Shown here: in pieces, positions 1 through 9,278 of the stretch | How positions within the stretch are numbered: position 1 is the stretch's first letter | How the letters are laid out: the number at the start of each line of letters is the position of its first letter | IMG/VR virus record: IMGVR_UViG_3300044640_001538 | Strand: one strand, 5' to 3' | DNA from: a virus | Lineage: Duplodnaviria; Heunggongvirae; Uroviricota; Caudoviricetes | DNA length: 57,488 bases | Made by a program: the position numbers and the translations under genes | Notes under the pieces: model-generated | Database searches by the model: none | The model's input: the letters and a program-made list of their open reading frames with translations, nothing else | Told to the model about the DNA's origin: nothing

Positions 1-1
1 C

Positions 2-1291
2 ACTGGCTCAACAGTTCTTTCGAGTCTTGTGTCAACTGGTACAAGTGGTTATTTAGATTACTTTATTCCTACAGGAAGCACATCAATTTCAGCAACACTA
101 TACGTTGAGAGAGCTACTGGACAAGCGAATGGATACAACCTTTATACCAACACTTTAGTATTAGGAGATACAGGTGCTACAACTACTGCAATTATGGCTA
201 TAGACACTTTCTACGGAAGAAGTGCTGGACAAGCAGATAGAAGTAATGTGTCAGTAACTTGGAACTCTACAACAGGAGCACCAACAATCACTTTAAGTGG
301 TGACGCAGATGTAAAATCAGTATATGACGTAGTTTTAGAAAGCCACGCCACAACAACAAACATAACTTATAATAGACCGACTACAGGAGACGGATTTACG
401 TATCAATTTAACAACGCAATATTTACAGGAACAGGAAAAATGACGGGTAGTAAGCAATTTTTTACTACAGGAGGTGTAAGTATTACTTACGATTTGATTT
501 TAAATTACTTGAATACATTAAACTTCTTGTCTAACTCTTGGATAAAAGTTATTAAATCAAGCGACGATTCAGTTTTATCGCCATTTGCTTTGAATACAAC
601 TGGTAAGTTAGAGTTGAACATGGGAACAGGTATTGACTACAAGGTGTTCCTTAAAAAAGACGGCTATAAACCATTGGTAGTAGAAATAAACTCTGGTACA
701 GGACAAGCTTTAACTTTAAATCAAGTGGCTCAAGCTTATTATAATGGAGCAACAAATATATCAACTTTAATTCCATTACTTGACGTAACAAATGTAAGCG
801 GAGTACTAGCAGTGGTCTCAGTAGGAGAAATGACAGCGACATCTTTAGAAGTATGTGCTATTATTGACTACTTACAAAAAGACGAGGATTACGCAGATGT
901 AGCTTTATTTGCCGAAACTGGGGATATTTGGCAGATAGATTCACAATACCAAAACACACCCGACCCAGACTTCGTTAAAATTGAAAGAGACCCAGCTTTA
1001 ACAAGTTCAGAACTTACAATATGGGACACATATTTTACTTCGAGTTCAACAAGCTACCCAGACACAGCAATCACACCAATTCAAACTTCAACAGGATTGT
1101 GGGTAATTGGTAATAGAAGTGCTGTAGGGGAAGTGACAATTAAAAATGAGCAAGCTGTTGCAATTTCTGAAAATGCTTCCGAATACGTTTGGAGTAAAGT
1201 TTTAGAGAACAGTAAAACGGCAAACAAGAACGTTTCTCAATCAAACAATTTTGACGCTATTACTTCAATAGAAGTTCAAAAAACTAATTAA
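2..1291 (+). CDS. Tail spike/fibre protein, 5'-truncated by window edge; paralog of the C-terminal 430 aa of the next gene
   Basis: Frame is open from position 2 (TGSTVLSSLVSTG...), so the GTG at 29 is probably not the true start. Thr/Gly/Ser-rich beta-type sequence, colinear with 3161..4450. Confidence 0.7.
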   Translation, partial: TGSTVLSSLVSTGTSGYLDYFIPTGSTSISATLYVERATGQANGYNLYTNTLVLGDTGATTTAIMAIDTFYGRSAGQADRSNVSVTWNSTTGAPTITLSGDADVKSVYDVVLESHATTTNITYNRPTTGDGFTYQFNNAIFTGTGKMTGSKQFFTTGGVSITYDLILNYLNTLNFLSNSWIKVIKSSDDSVLSPFALNTTGKLELNMGTGIDYKVFLKKDGYKPLVVEINSGTGQALTLNQVAQAYYNGATNISTLIPLLDVTNVSGVLAVVSVGEMTATSLEVCAIIDYLQKDEDYADVALFAETGDIWQIDSQYQNTPDPDFVKIERDPALTSSELTIWDTYFTSSSTSYPDTAITPIQTSTGLWVIGNRSAVGEVTIKNEQAVAISENASEYVWSKVLENSKTANKNVSQSNNFDAITSIEVQKTN

Positions 1292-1315
1292 TACAATAAT
1301 TTAAAGTATATATAA

Positions 1316-4300
1316 ATGGCATTTGCAAGAACAGCAGCGGTAGCAGGAGCAGGAACATTAACTTGTGCAGGAAATACAACGGTTACAATAGCTGGAAGTA
1401 GTTTTGCAACTTTTAATGGTGTACCTGCAACAACTACACAAGCAAGAGTTGGTTCAACTATTACAGTAGGTGGAAATACAAGAACAGTTATATCTATTCA
1501 ATCAACTTCTTCTTTAACAGTAGACACAGCATTTCCTGCTTTTACTTCACAAGCCTATACGGTTTCAACAGGTATTATTCAAACAGGAACTGATACGTTA
1601 ACAAATACAACAGCAGCACCAACTGGTTTTATTATAAGAGAAGATAGGGGTTCTTTATTTAGAATTTTTGATGTACAAGGTTTAGATTTATTTACTGAAG
1701 GGACTTTAACAGTTCAGTCTTGGGGAGCTCAATTAAGAAATGATGGTAGTTGTGTAAATAGATTTCAAGTAACGGGAAGTGCAACAGGTGGGGAAATTAT
1801 CTTTAGTGGTAGAAAAGCAACTGCAAATAATGGTTATTTTCCTTATGTAGGTTTTGATTGGTTAGGACAAAATGGTTCTAAAATTATGCAGTTAAGAAGT
1901 ACAAATGCTTCATTTCCTGCAAAGTTTACAATTATAGATGCTGCTGTAAGATTTGGTGCAGATTGGTTAACTACTGATTCAGGTAATCATTCAAGAATTA
2001 CTACACAGGGAGAGGAATGTTGGATTTTATGTGCTAGAGGTACAGGTACAGGACAAGCTCGTATTAGACAAGATAATACAACAGCAACGATAGATTTTCA
2101 AGCTACTCAAACTTGGGTAGGTTTATGGTTGAATTTTGGTGTGCCTCAATTAAGTTTAAAAGGATATACACCTATTGATACAGACGGACCCGAGATAAAC
2201 CTTGCAAGTGTACCAACTGCTTCATTAATTACTATTGAAAACTATAATACAACTTATGTAATACCTAATTATTATGCAGGTGTGCAAATAGTTTTATTGG
2301 GTTCAGCTTGGACTCGTTTAAAAAATAATTTATTAGGCACAAATATAGCTTGGAGAAGTTCAAGTTCATCAGGTGGTAGACATAACGTAATTGAATTTTC
2401 TAAACAGATTACTATTAAAGCTCAAGACACAGCAGGTAATTTGCTATCTGATGGTTATATGTATTATCAACCAACAGGTTCAAATGTAGCAGGAGTTCGT
2501 GCAAAAGGAATGACTACCGATATTACTTTTGATTTATCACAACAAAACATTTTAACTGTAGCAGGTGCAGCAACAAGTGAGTTTCCATTTGCTTGGGGTT
2601 TTACAACAGCAACAACAAACTTAAATACCTATTCCTATTTTTGTACAGGACAAACAAAAGGAGCAGAAACGCATTCAGTTGGTTCAAGTCGTTACGGATA
2701 TGATAAGCAATACATTACGGTTGGATTATCAGGAAACAACGATGTAACACCTACTTATGTACATACAAGTTTACCAACTTCAGATAAGGTAATTGCAACA
2801 GCAGCCGCTATTAGTGGAATTGCTTTTAATTTTACTACAAAAGTAATGACAATTACAGGTAACTTAACTTACCAACAAATTTATGATGCTTATCAATATG
2901 CTTTAAATCAAACTGCAAATTTATTTCAAGCTGATAATTGCTTAACTGCAAACTCAACTTCTGATTATGTAGGTTGGACTATTAATGTAGGGACTGGAGT
3001 TACAATTTCAACAGGAACTGGTAATTTTATTACATTAAAGGCAAATACAATTACTTTAACAGGGACTGCATTAATCACAGGTACTTATGTAGATTCAACT
3101 GGAACTTATACTAAATTATTAGTACAAGGTTTATCAACAGGAATGGTTGTAAAACTAATTACAGGTTCAACTGTATTATATAGTACAACCTCAACTGGTT
3201 CAAGTGTATATGTAGACTACTTTATTCCTACAGGAAGTACAGCAATTTCAGCAACTCTATATGTTGAGAGAGCAACTGGTCAAGCAAATGGATATAACTT
3301 GTATACAAATACCTTAACACTAGGAGACACTGGAGCAACAACAACAGCTATTATGAGTATTGATACCTTTTATGGTAGAAGTGCGGGGCAAGCAGATAGA
3401 GCAAACGTTTCAGTAACTTGGAATGGAACTACTGGAGCGCCGACAATTACTCTAAGTGGTGACGCAGATGCTAAATCAGTTTACGATGTAGTTTTAGAAA
3501 GTCACGCAACAATTGCAAACATTACATACAATAGACCAACAACAACCGATGGTTTCACTTATCAATATGTAAATGCGATATTCGCAGGAACAGGGAGAAT
3601 GACAGGAACTAAACAGTTCTTCACTACTGGAGGAGTATCAATAGGATATGACTTAATCTTAAACTATTTAAACACTTTAAACTTTATACCGAATTCTTGG
3701 GTTAAAGTAATTAAGTCAAGTGATAATTCAGTAATTTATCCATATACACAAATTTCAAGTGGGAAACTAGAATTAAATATGGGTACTGGTATTGATTATA
3801 AAGTCTTTGTAAAAGCAGATGGGTATAAACCACTAGTAGAAGAGATAAATTCAGGAACTGGGCAAGCTTTAACTTTAGACCAAAGACCACAAGCTTATTA
3901 CAACGCAGCAACAAACATAACAACTTTAATTCCACTATTAGATGTAACAAACACAAGTGGAGTATTGTCAATTGTATCTGTAGGAGAAATGAGTGCAACA
4001 TCTTTACAAGTTTGCGCAATAATAGATTACTTACAAAAAGACGAAGACTATGCAGACGTGGCGCTATATGCAGAAACTGGAGACATTTGGGAAATTGAAT
4101 CGCAGTATCAAAACACACCAGACCCAACATATATTAAAATAACTAGGCTACCAACTCTAACAAATGCACAGTATACAATTTGGGATACTTATTTCACAAC
4201 AGCAAGTTTATCTTATCCAGATACTAACATAACACCAATTCAAGGGTCAACTGGTTTATGGGTGATAAGCAACAGAAGCGCAATTGGCGAAGTAACTATT

Positions 4301-4450
4301 AAAAACGAACAAGCAGTTTCTATCTCACAAAATGCTTCTGAGTATGTTTGGAGTAAAATATTAGAGAACGGTAAAACAGCAAATAAAAATGTTTCTCAAT
4401 CGAATAACTTTGATGCAATTACTTCAATAGAAGTTCAAAAAACTAACTAG
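1316..4450 (+). CDS. Tail spike/fibre protein (1044 aa), beta-rich N-terminal part plus duplicated C-terminal module
   Basis: ORF track; T/G/A/S-rich beta-solenoid-like composition; position in tail cluster. Function is inference. Confidence 0.7.
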   Translation: MAFARTAAVAGAGTLTCAGNTTVTIAGSSFATFNGVPATTTQARVGSTITVGGNTRTVISIQSTSSLTVDTAFPAFTSQAYTVSTGIIQTGTDTLTNTTAAPTGFIIREDRGSLFRIFDVQGLDLFTEGTLTVQSWGAQLRNDGSCVNRFQVTGSATGGEIIFSGRKATANNGYFPYVGFDWLGQNGSKIMQLRSTNASFPAKFTIIDAAVRFGADWLTTDSGNHSRITTQGEECWILCARGTGTGQARIRQDNTTATIDFQATQTWVGLWLNFGVPQLSLKGYTPIDTDGPEINLASVPTASLITIENYNTTYVIPNYYAGVQIVLLGSAWTRLKNNLLGTNIAWRSSSSSGGRHNVIEFSKQITIKAQDTAGNLLSDGYMYYQPTGSNVAGVRAKGMTTDITFDLSQQNILTVAGAATSEFPFAWGFTTATTNLNTYSYFCTGQTKGAETHSVGSSRYGYDKQYITVGLSGNNDVTPTYVHTSLPTSDKVIATAAAISGIAFNFTTKVMTITGNLTYQQIYDAYQYALNQTANLFQADNCLTANSTSDYVGWTINVGTGVTISTGTGNFITLKANTITLTGTALITGTYVDSTGTYTKLLVQGLSTGMVVKLITGSTVLYSTTSTGSSVYVDYFIPTGSTAISATLYVERATGQANGYNLYTNTLTLGDTGATTTAIMSIDTFYGRSAGQADRANVSVTWNGTTGAPTITLSGDADAKSVYDVVLESHATIANITYNRPTTTDGFTYQYVNAIFAGTGRMTGTKQFFTTGGVSIGYDLILNYLNTLNFIPNSWVKVIKSSDNSVIYPYTQISSGKLELNMGTGIDYKVFVKADGYKPLVEEINSGTGQALTLDQRPQAYYNAATNITTLIPLLDVTNTSGVLSIVSVGEMSATSLQVCAIIDYLQKDEDYADVALYAETGDIWEIESQYQNTPDPTYIKITRLPTLTNAQYTIWDTYFTTASLSYPDTNITPIQGSTGLWVISNRSAIGEVTIKNEQAVSISQNASEYVWSKILENGKTANKNVSQSNNFDAITSIEVQKTN
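3161..4450 (+). repeat. Second copy of a 1290-bp coding direct repeat (first copy 2..1291)
   Basis: Hand alignment: no indels, about 67 differences over about 419 aa (about 84% identity), last 25 aa identical (KTANKNVSQSNNFDAITSIEVQKTN), many synonymous changes. Confidence 0.95.
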
Positions 4451-4453
4451 AAT

Positions 4454-5482
4454 ATGCTAGAAAAAAATAACAGAAAAGTTATAAAAGATGTAAGTGTCCT
4501 CCCTGCAACTGGGGAGACACGATTCATCTATCATAATACTACAAATGGTTATAATTATTTGTGGAACGAAGTAGAGGGAATATTCATAAAAGTAGAGCAA
4601 GCAACAGCAAACTTTGCAAGTATCGTGTATGTAAATACAACTACACCAACTACAGCTACTATTTTTGATGATGTAAATCCGCCAGTTGTAAATGACAACT
4701 CATTAAAGACTGACCCAGCTAATCTATACATTGCAACAAATAACAGTACTTGGACATACAAGATATCTACAAATAGTTACAGCACTTATACTGTACCACA
4801 ATCAACACCTTTTTATTTAGCTAATACAACAACAGATGCGGGGAGTAATAAAACGGCAAGTATTTATAGAACAGGTAACGTAGGTGTAGGCACAGCAAAT
4901 CCAACAACAAATTTAGATGTAGTTGGAGGTTTTAATTTAAGAAATACAGTAGGCGCACAAGGTACTAATTATGCAGTAGAAATAAATACAAACGGTAATG
5001 CTCCAAGGATTGATTGGGTATTTAATGGAGGTTATATGGGTCAGTTTTCGTCTGACGCTAACGATTTTTTTCTTAAAAACAGTAAATTAAGTACTGGTGG
5101 ATTTAGATTTACAACAAACCCAAGCGGGGCAGCAGTAGAAAGGCTTACAATACTTAATAATGGAAATGTAGGTATATCTAATAGTTCACCAAATTCAAAG
5201 TTAGAAGTATCAGGCTCATTTGGGGCGGCAATAAGAAGTTCAGCCACAAGTGTAACAACACTGTCAACAGATTATACAATAGTAATGACAGCTGCAACAA
5301 CTGTAGTAACTTTAGAGACACCTTCCTCAACAACTAACAGAAGAATACTAAACATAAAAAACGGGTCCACAGGAAATATAACTATAACAGGAAATATAGA
5401 TGGAACTACACAAACTTTAACATTAACACAAAAAGAATCAAGAACGTTCCACTCAAATGGTTCAACTTGGTGGATAATATAA
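4454..5482 (+). CDS. Tail fibre protein with GNVG(V/I)G repeats
   Basis: N-terminal LPATGETRFIY...YNYLW motif typical of fibre proteins; two GNVGVGTANP / GNVGISNSSP..KLEV repeats typical of Bacteroidota phage fibres. Confidence 0.7.
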   Translation: MLEKNNRKVIKDVSVLPATGETRFIYHNTTNGYNYLWNEVEGIFIKVEQATANFASIVYVNTTTPTTATIFDDVNPPVVNDNSLKTDPANLYIATNNSTWTYKISTNSYSTYTVPQSTPFYLANTTTDAGSNKTASIYRTGNVGVGTANPTTNLDVVGGFNLRNTVGAQGTNYAVEINTNGNAPRIDWVFNGGYMGQFSSDANDFFLKNSKLSTGGFRFTTNPSGAAVERLTILNNGNVGISNSSPNSKLEVSGSFGAAIRSSATSVTTLSTDYTIVMTAATTVVTLETPSSTTNRRILNIKNGSTGNITITGNIDGTTQTLTLTQKESRTFHSNGSTWWII

Positions 5483-5490
5483 TTTAAGAT

Positions 5491-6144
5491 ATGAGTTACA
5501 CAGGCGAGCTAATAAACCAAGAATTTGCAAAAACAGTATATTTAAATAATACTACACCAGCAACATCTACTATATTTAGTGAAGATAATCCACCAACAGT
5601 TCATAATGCAACTTTGATGGCAGATGTTAATAACTTGTATATAGCAACAGATGGAAGTAGTTGGACATATAAAACATCTACAAGTAGTTACTCAACTTAT
5701 GTGTACCCAACAACAACACCAAGAGGAGTTACAGCACAAGCTAATAATGCCAGCATACCTAGTGGACCTCTAACGGCAATAACTAGTTTTGCAACACCTC
5801 TTATGGATACAAGCTCTGGTGCATGGAATAATTCAACAGGAGTTTACACTGTGAATAGGGCGGGAATATACAGAATAGATTTTAGAGCAATGTTTGCAAA
5901 TGCATCTTTTACAGCTGGAAATGAAATCGCCGCACAAATACAAAGAAACGGAGTAACAATATACAATGCTTCAAACTTCATAGAAAGAACAGCAACACAA
6001 TACGGTATATCTGGACATGCTTACGCTACATTACAATGTTCGGTTGGTAACACTTTAAGAGTGTTGCTTTATCAAAACTCTGGTGGGGTAAGAACACTAT
6101 ACGCACCATCTTTTAACATACTAACAATAATAGAAATAAAATAA
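5491..6144 (+). CDS. Fibre tip/adhesin with C1q/TNF-like C-terminal domain
   Basis: GAWNNSTGVYTVNRAGIYRIDF...ATLQCSVGNTLRV matches the gC1q pattern; N-terminal ~60 aa are paralogous to residues ~54-115 of the preceding gene. Confidence 0.65.
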   Translation: MSYTGELINQEFAKTVYLNNTTPATSTIFSEDNPPTVHNATLMADVNNLYIATDGSSWTYKTSTSSYSTYVYPTTTPRGVTAQANNASIPSGPLTAITSFATPLMDTSSGAWNNSTGVYTVNRAGIYRIDFRAMFANASFTAGNEIAAQIQRNGVTIYNASNFIERTATQYGISGHAYATLQCSVGNTLRVLLYQNSGGVRTLYAPSFNILTIIEIK

Positions 6145-7298
6145 TGAACCTCGATTTACAAACACACTTAAACAACAGATGTTGCTCGGTAGCATCAAAT
6201 TCCTTCACTTTTGCAGAAGGAACGGTACCTACAATAGAAGACTTTGAAACTATGATAGGTTTCACTCTACAAGCTCCAAAAATAAATGGAAACTCAATAG
6301 AATTCTCAAATAAAAACTATGTAATAGAAACAGAAAGATTTCAAGGAAATTACAATTTAGTTTCTATATACTCTCAAGCTAAAGTTTTAGAAAACGGAAC
6401 ATTTGCAGAATGTGAATACCTACTAAGTGCAGAATTTCCAGCATTAACAGATGTAGGAGCAAATGTAATGAATGGATGTTACCAAATGACATCTTTCATA
6501 GCACCAAGCTTATCCACTTATGTAGATAGAGCTTTAGGAGTAACTTCTGCAACTAACTCGGGACAAGCAGGGCGAGCATTTTTAGCAATTACAGGATTAA
6601 CAACATATACATTAGAGACAACTTATATACCAGATGCAGCCTTTGGTGGATGTGATAATTTAGTGTCTTTATATTTTCCAAACGCAACAACTTTATCTCT
6701 ACAAGTAGCTAATGGATGTTCTAATTTAACAACAGTTAGTGCGCCTCTAGCAACATCTTTAGGTAACCTAGTATTCCTAAGTTGTATATCTTTAACAAAT
6801 ATTAACTTCCCTTTAGCACAAACTTTAGGAAGCTCTGTATTTAAGAGTTGTACCTCTTTAGCTGTTATTGATTTACCTCAAGCCGTAACTTTAGGAGATA
6901 CTGTATTCCAAAACTGTACTTCAGCAACTACTTACAACTTACCTTTAGCAACAACTTTTGGTACAGGGGTATTTATTGGTAATACATCTTTAGTTTCTAT
7001 TACATTACCAAGTGCTTTAAACATGGGAGCAGATTCTTTCTACGGATGTAATTCTATGACAACAGTGAGTTTACCAGAAGTTTTATCTATTGGAGATAAT
7101 AGTTTCAACGGCGCAACTTCTTTAACTTCTATCAACTTACCAAAAGTTACAAATTTAGGAAGCACACCATACGCTGACGGAACATTTCAAGATATTGTAG
7201 GAAACACAATATCATTAACTTTAAAAAGCGGACTTGAAATAGACCAAGACGTAATAGATTTAGTAGCTAATAACACAGTAACTTTAACCCTAGTTTAA
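6144..7298 (+). CDS. BspA-type leucine-rich repeat (LRR_5) protein with N-terminal CC motif
   Basis: Repeated xLGxxVFxxCTSLxxIxLP units (e.g. TLGSSVFKSCTSLAVIDLPQA). Confidence 0.85.
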   Translation: MNLDLQTHLNNRCCSVASNSFTFAEGTVPTIEDFETMIGFTLQAPKINGNSIEFSNKNYVIETERFQGNYNLVSIYSQAKVLENGTFAECEYLLSAEFPALTDVGANVMNGCYQMTSFIAPSLSTYVDRALGVTSATNSGQAGRAFLAITGLTTYTLETTYIPDAAFGGCDNLVSLYFPNATTLSLQVANGCSNLTTVSAPLATSLGNLVFLSCISLTNINFPLAQTLGSSVFKSCTSLAVIDLPQAVTLGDTVFQNCTSATTYNLPLATTFGTGVFIGNTSLVSITLPSALNMGADSFYGCNSMTTVSLPEVLSIGDNSFNGATSLTSINLPKVTNLGSTPYADGTFQDIVGNTISLTLKSGLEIDQDVIDLVANNTVTLTLV

Positions 7299-7332
7299 AA
7301 TTTTTGTAATACTTAACACACATTTTAAACAT

Positions 7333-7364
7333 TTTGGTAAAGTCAATTAAATAAACTAATTTTG
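7333..7364 (+). promoter_or_regulatory. Bacteroidota sigma70 promoter
   Basis: TTTG-N20-TAATTTTG, matching the established -33 TTTG / -7 TAnnTTTG consensus. Confidence 0.8.
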
Positions 7365-7368
7365 CAAT

Positions 7369-7812
7369 ATGAAACAATGTAATAAAATAAAGAATAGTTG
7401 CACTGGAAGCAAAACTTACGCTGCATGCACGATTTTTGAGGGCGATGTAAATGAAGATTCAGCTCTTTTTGAAGATTCTTGCGACCCGTCTTTAGAAGAA
7501 ACTACTCAAGATTTATACGACCAAATCGGCGCAATAAAAAATAATCAAGATTTATCAGATTTAGGAAACACTTGTTTAACATACGTAGAAGATGAAGATG
7601 GAAAAATCATTGTCAAAAACGTACTTATAAAACTAGAAGAGGAAATTTGCGCACTAAAAGAAGAAACCGAAACTTTAAAAAACACTGCATTTTGTGATTT
7701 AAAAATAACAGATTGTGGGTTAGATTTAGAGTGCTTAACAGGAGCTTGTGATAACGACATAGTCACTGTTAAAGATTTGTTTCAGTCTATTATAACTAAA
7801 ATTTGCGAGTAA
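7369..7812 (+). CDS. Cys-rich coiled-coil structural protein (C-x8-C family)
   Basis: CTGSKTYAACTIFEGD motif, heptad stretches (LIKLEEEICALKEETETLK), many Cys. Confidence 0.6.
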   Translation: MKQCNKIKNSCTGSKTYAACTIFEGDVNEDSALFEDSCDPSLEETTQDLYDQIGAIKNNQDLSDLGNTCLTYVEDEDGKIIVKNVLIKLEEEICALKEETETLKNTAFCDLKITDCGLDLECLTGACDNDIVTVKDLFQSIITKICE

Positions 7813-7813
7813 T

Positions 7814-8368
7814 ATGCAGACAGCAGTAGAAGATTATTTAAGTAGGCTTTGTTGTCCACCAGTGATAACTTACAATTTTGATGTAACAGCAAATTGGGCA
7901 ACGGGAGATTCAAGTTACCCAGTTACAAGTCAAGCAAGTTTTCAAACTTTTTTAGCAAGTCGCACTACAAATAACCTAACATCAATAGTTATAACAGACT
8001 TTAATCTTGTAGGAAACCGTTTACAATGTAATTTAGCAGCAAGTGGCACAATATTAGACTTAACAGTAATGTCAGTTACACAAGTTATATCTTTAGGGAA
8101 TATATTAGGTTTACAAAGCTTATATTTAAATACTAACCAATTAACTTTATTCAACCCTACGTTACCTTTACCAACAAGTTTGCAAATTTTAACTTTATAT
8201 AGAAATGAAATAGGTATACCAGGTTATGCAGCATCAGAACCTTGGGCAAATGGAATGCATAACGCTCCTATTGGAGGCACTATAAATGTAACTAATAATG
8301 TAAATAATCCAGCAGGAACAAATTTTCAAACAATTCTAACCAATAAAGGTTGGTTACTAATACTATAA
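7814..8368 (+). CDS. CC-motif protein with short LRR (paralog of 8750..9268)
   Basis: MQTAVEDYLSRLCCPP start; LQSLYLNTNQLT and LQILTLYRNEI LRR strands. Confidence 0.65.
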   Translation: MQTAVEDYLSRLCCPPVITYNFDVTANWATGDSSYPVTSQASFQTFLASRTTNNLTSIVITDFNLVGNRLQCNLAASGTILDLTVMSVTQVISLGNILGLQSLYLNTNQLTLFNPTLPLPTSLQILTLYRNEIGIPGYAASEPWANGMHNAPIGGTINVTNNVNNPAGTNFQTILTNKGWLLIL

Positions 8369-8387
8369 TAACTTAACAAACAATAAT

Positions 8388-8747
8388 ATGAGCGGATGTA
8401 ATTCATACGTAGTTCCTATAATAGTTCCCGACCCATGCGACGGAGATAAAAAAAGCACTAAATGTGTTATAGACGAAAACGCATTTATAGAGCTAAACCT
8501 ACCTGCAAATTCAACGCAGGAAGAAATTAATGATGCAATGTATCAATCTTTACAAGCACAAGCTTCGGCACTATCAGCAACAGTAATTATTAATACTACA
8601 GCAACGCCACTAAGCTTAACAAATTTAAACACAACTTATTCTACATCAACAGTAGGGTTTAAAGTATATTGTACAGTTATAGGATTAGTATATATAAAAA
8701 TAGCAAATAACACTTGGGTTAGCCAAGAAATAACAAACGTAGTATAA
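8388..8747 (+). CDS. Small Cys-rich structural protein (C-x8-C family)
   Basis: CDGDKKSTKCVIDE motif; C-terminal fibre-like YSTSTVGFKVYC...YIKIANNTW. Confidence 0.55.
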   Translation: MSGCNSYVVPIIVPDPCDGDKKSTKCVIDENAFIELNLPANSTQEEINDAMYQSLQAQASALSATVIINTTATPLSLTNLNTTYSTSTVGFKVYCTVIGLVYIKIANNTWVSQEITNVV

Positions 8748-8749
8748 TT

Positions 8750-9268
8750 ATGCAAACGGAAATACAAGATTATTTTAACGGACTTTGTTGTCCACCACCA
8801 CCAATTACATACAACTTTGACGTTGACGGGGACTGGGATATTGCTGGAATTACCGACCAAGCCAGTTTTGTTTCGGCTTTTAATGTTACTACAACTGATT
8901 TTTTAAAAATAGGTAATAACGTTAAGGCTTTTATAACACCTACAGAATTTTTAAATCTTAACATTGGAAATAAATATTTAACAAATGTTAATTATATTAC
9001 TGTAGAAAACTTAGTTGATATTAATTTAAAGGAACAATTACTTACTAAATTCAATCCGTCTAAGCCCTTACCAGTTACAGTAACCGCGTTAAATTTACAA
9101 AACAATTATTTTACAAGTAGTGGGTACGCTGAGTCTGAAACTTGGGCTAATTTACAAACACCTTTTAATACTGTTTGTAACATACAACTTCAAGGTAATT
9201 TAACAAGCCCTGCTGGTACAACATTTGAGGCAATACTTTTAGGTAAAAATGCAAGTATAACAACATAA
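8750..9268 (+). CDS. CC-motif protein with short LRR (paralog of 7814..8368)
   Basis: MQTEIQDYFNGLCCPPPPITYNFDV; shared FNPxxPLP...GYAxSExWAN...PAGTxF blocks. Confidence 0.65.
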   Translation: MQTEIQDYFNGLCCPPPPITYNFDVDGDWDIAGITDQASFVSAFNVTTTDFLKIGNNVKAFITPTEFLNLNIGNKYLTNVNYITVENLVDINLKEQLLTKFNPSKPLPVTVTALNLQNNYFTSSGYAESETWANLQTPFNTVCNIQLQGNLTSPAGTTFEAILLGKNASITT

Positions 9269-9278
9269 TAATACAACA

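Noticed and set aside
2-4450. Duplicated spike module as a DGR template/variable repeat
   Set aside because: Both copies are coding, differences are not adenine-specific, and no reverse transcriptase is in the window.
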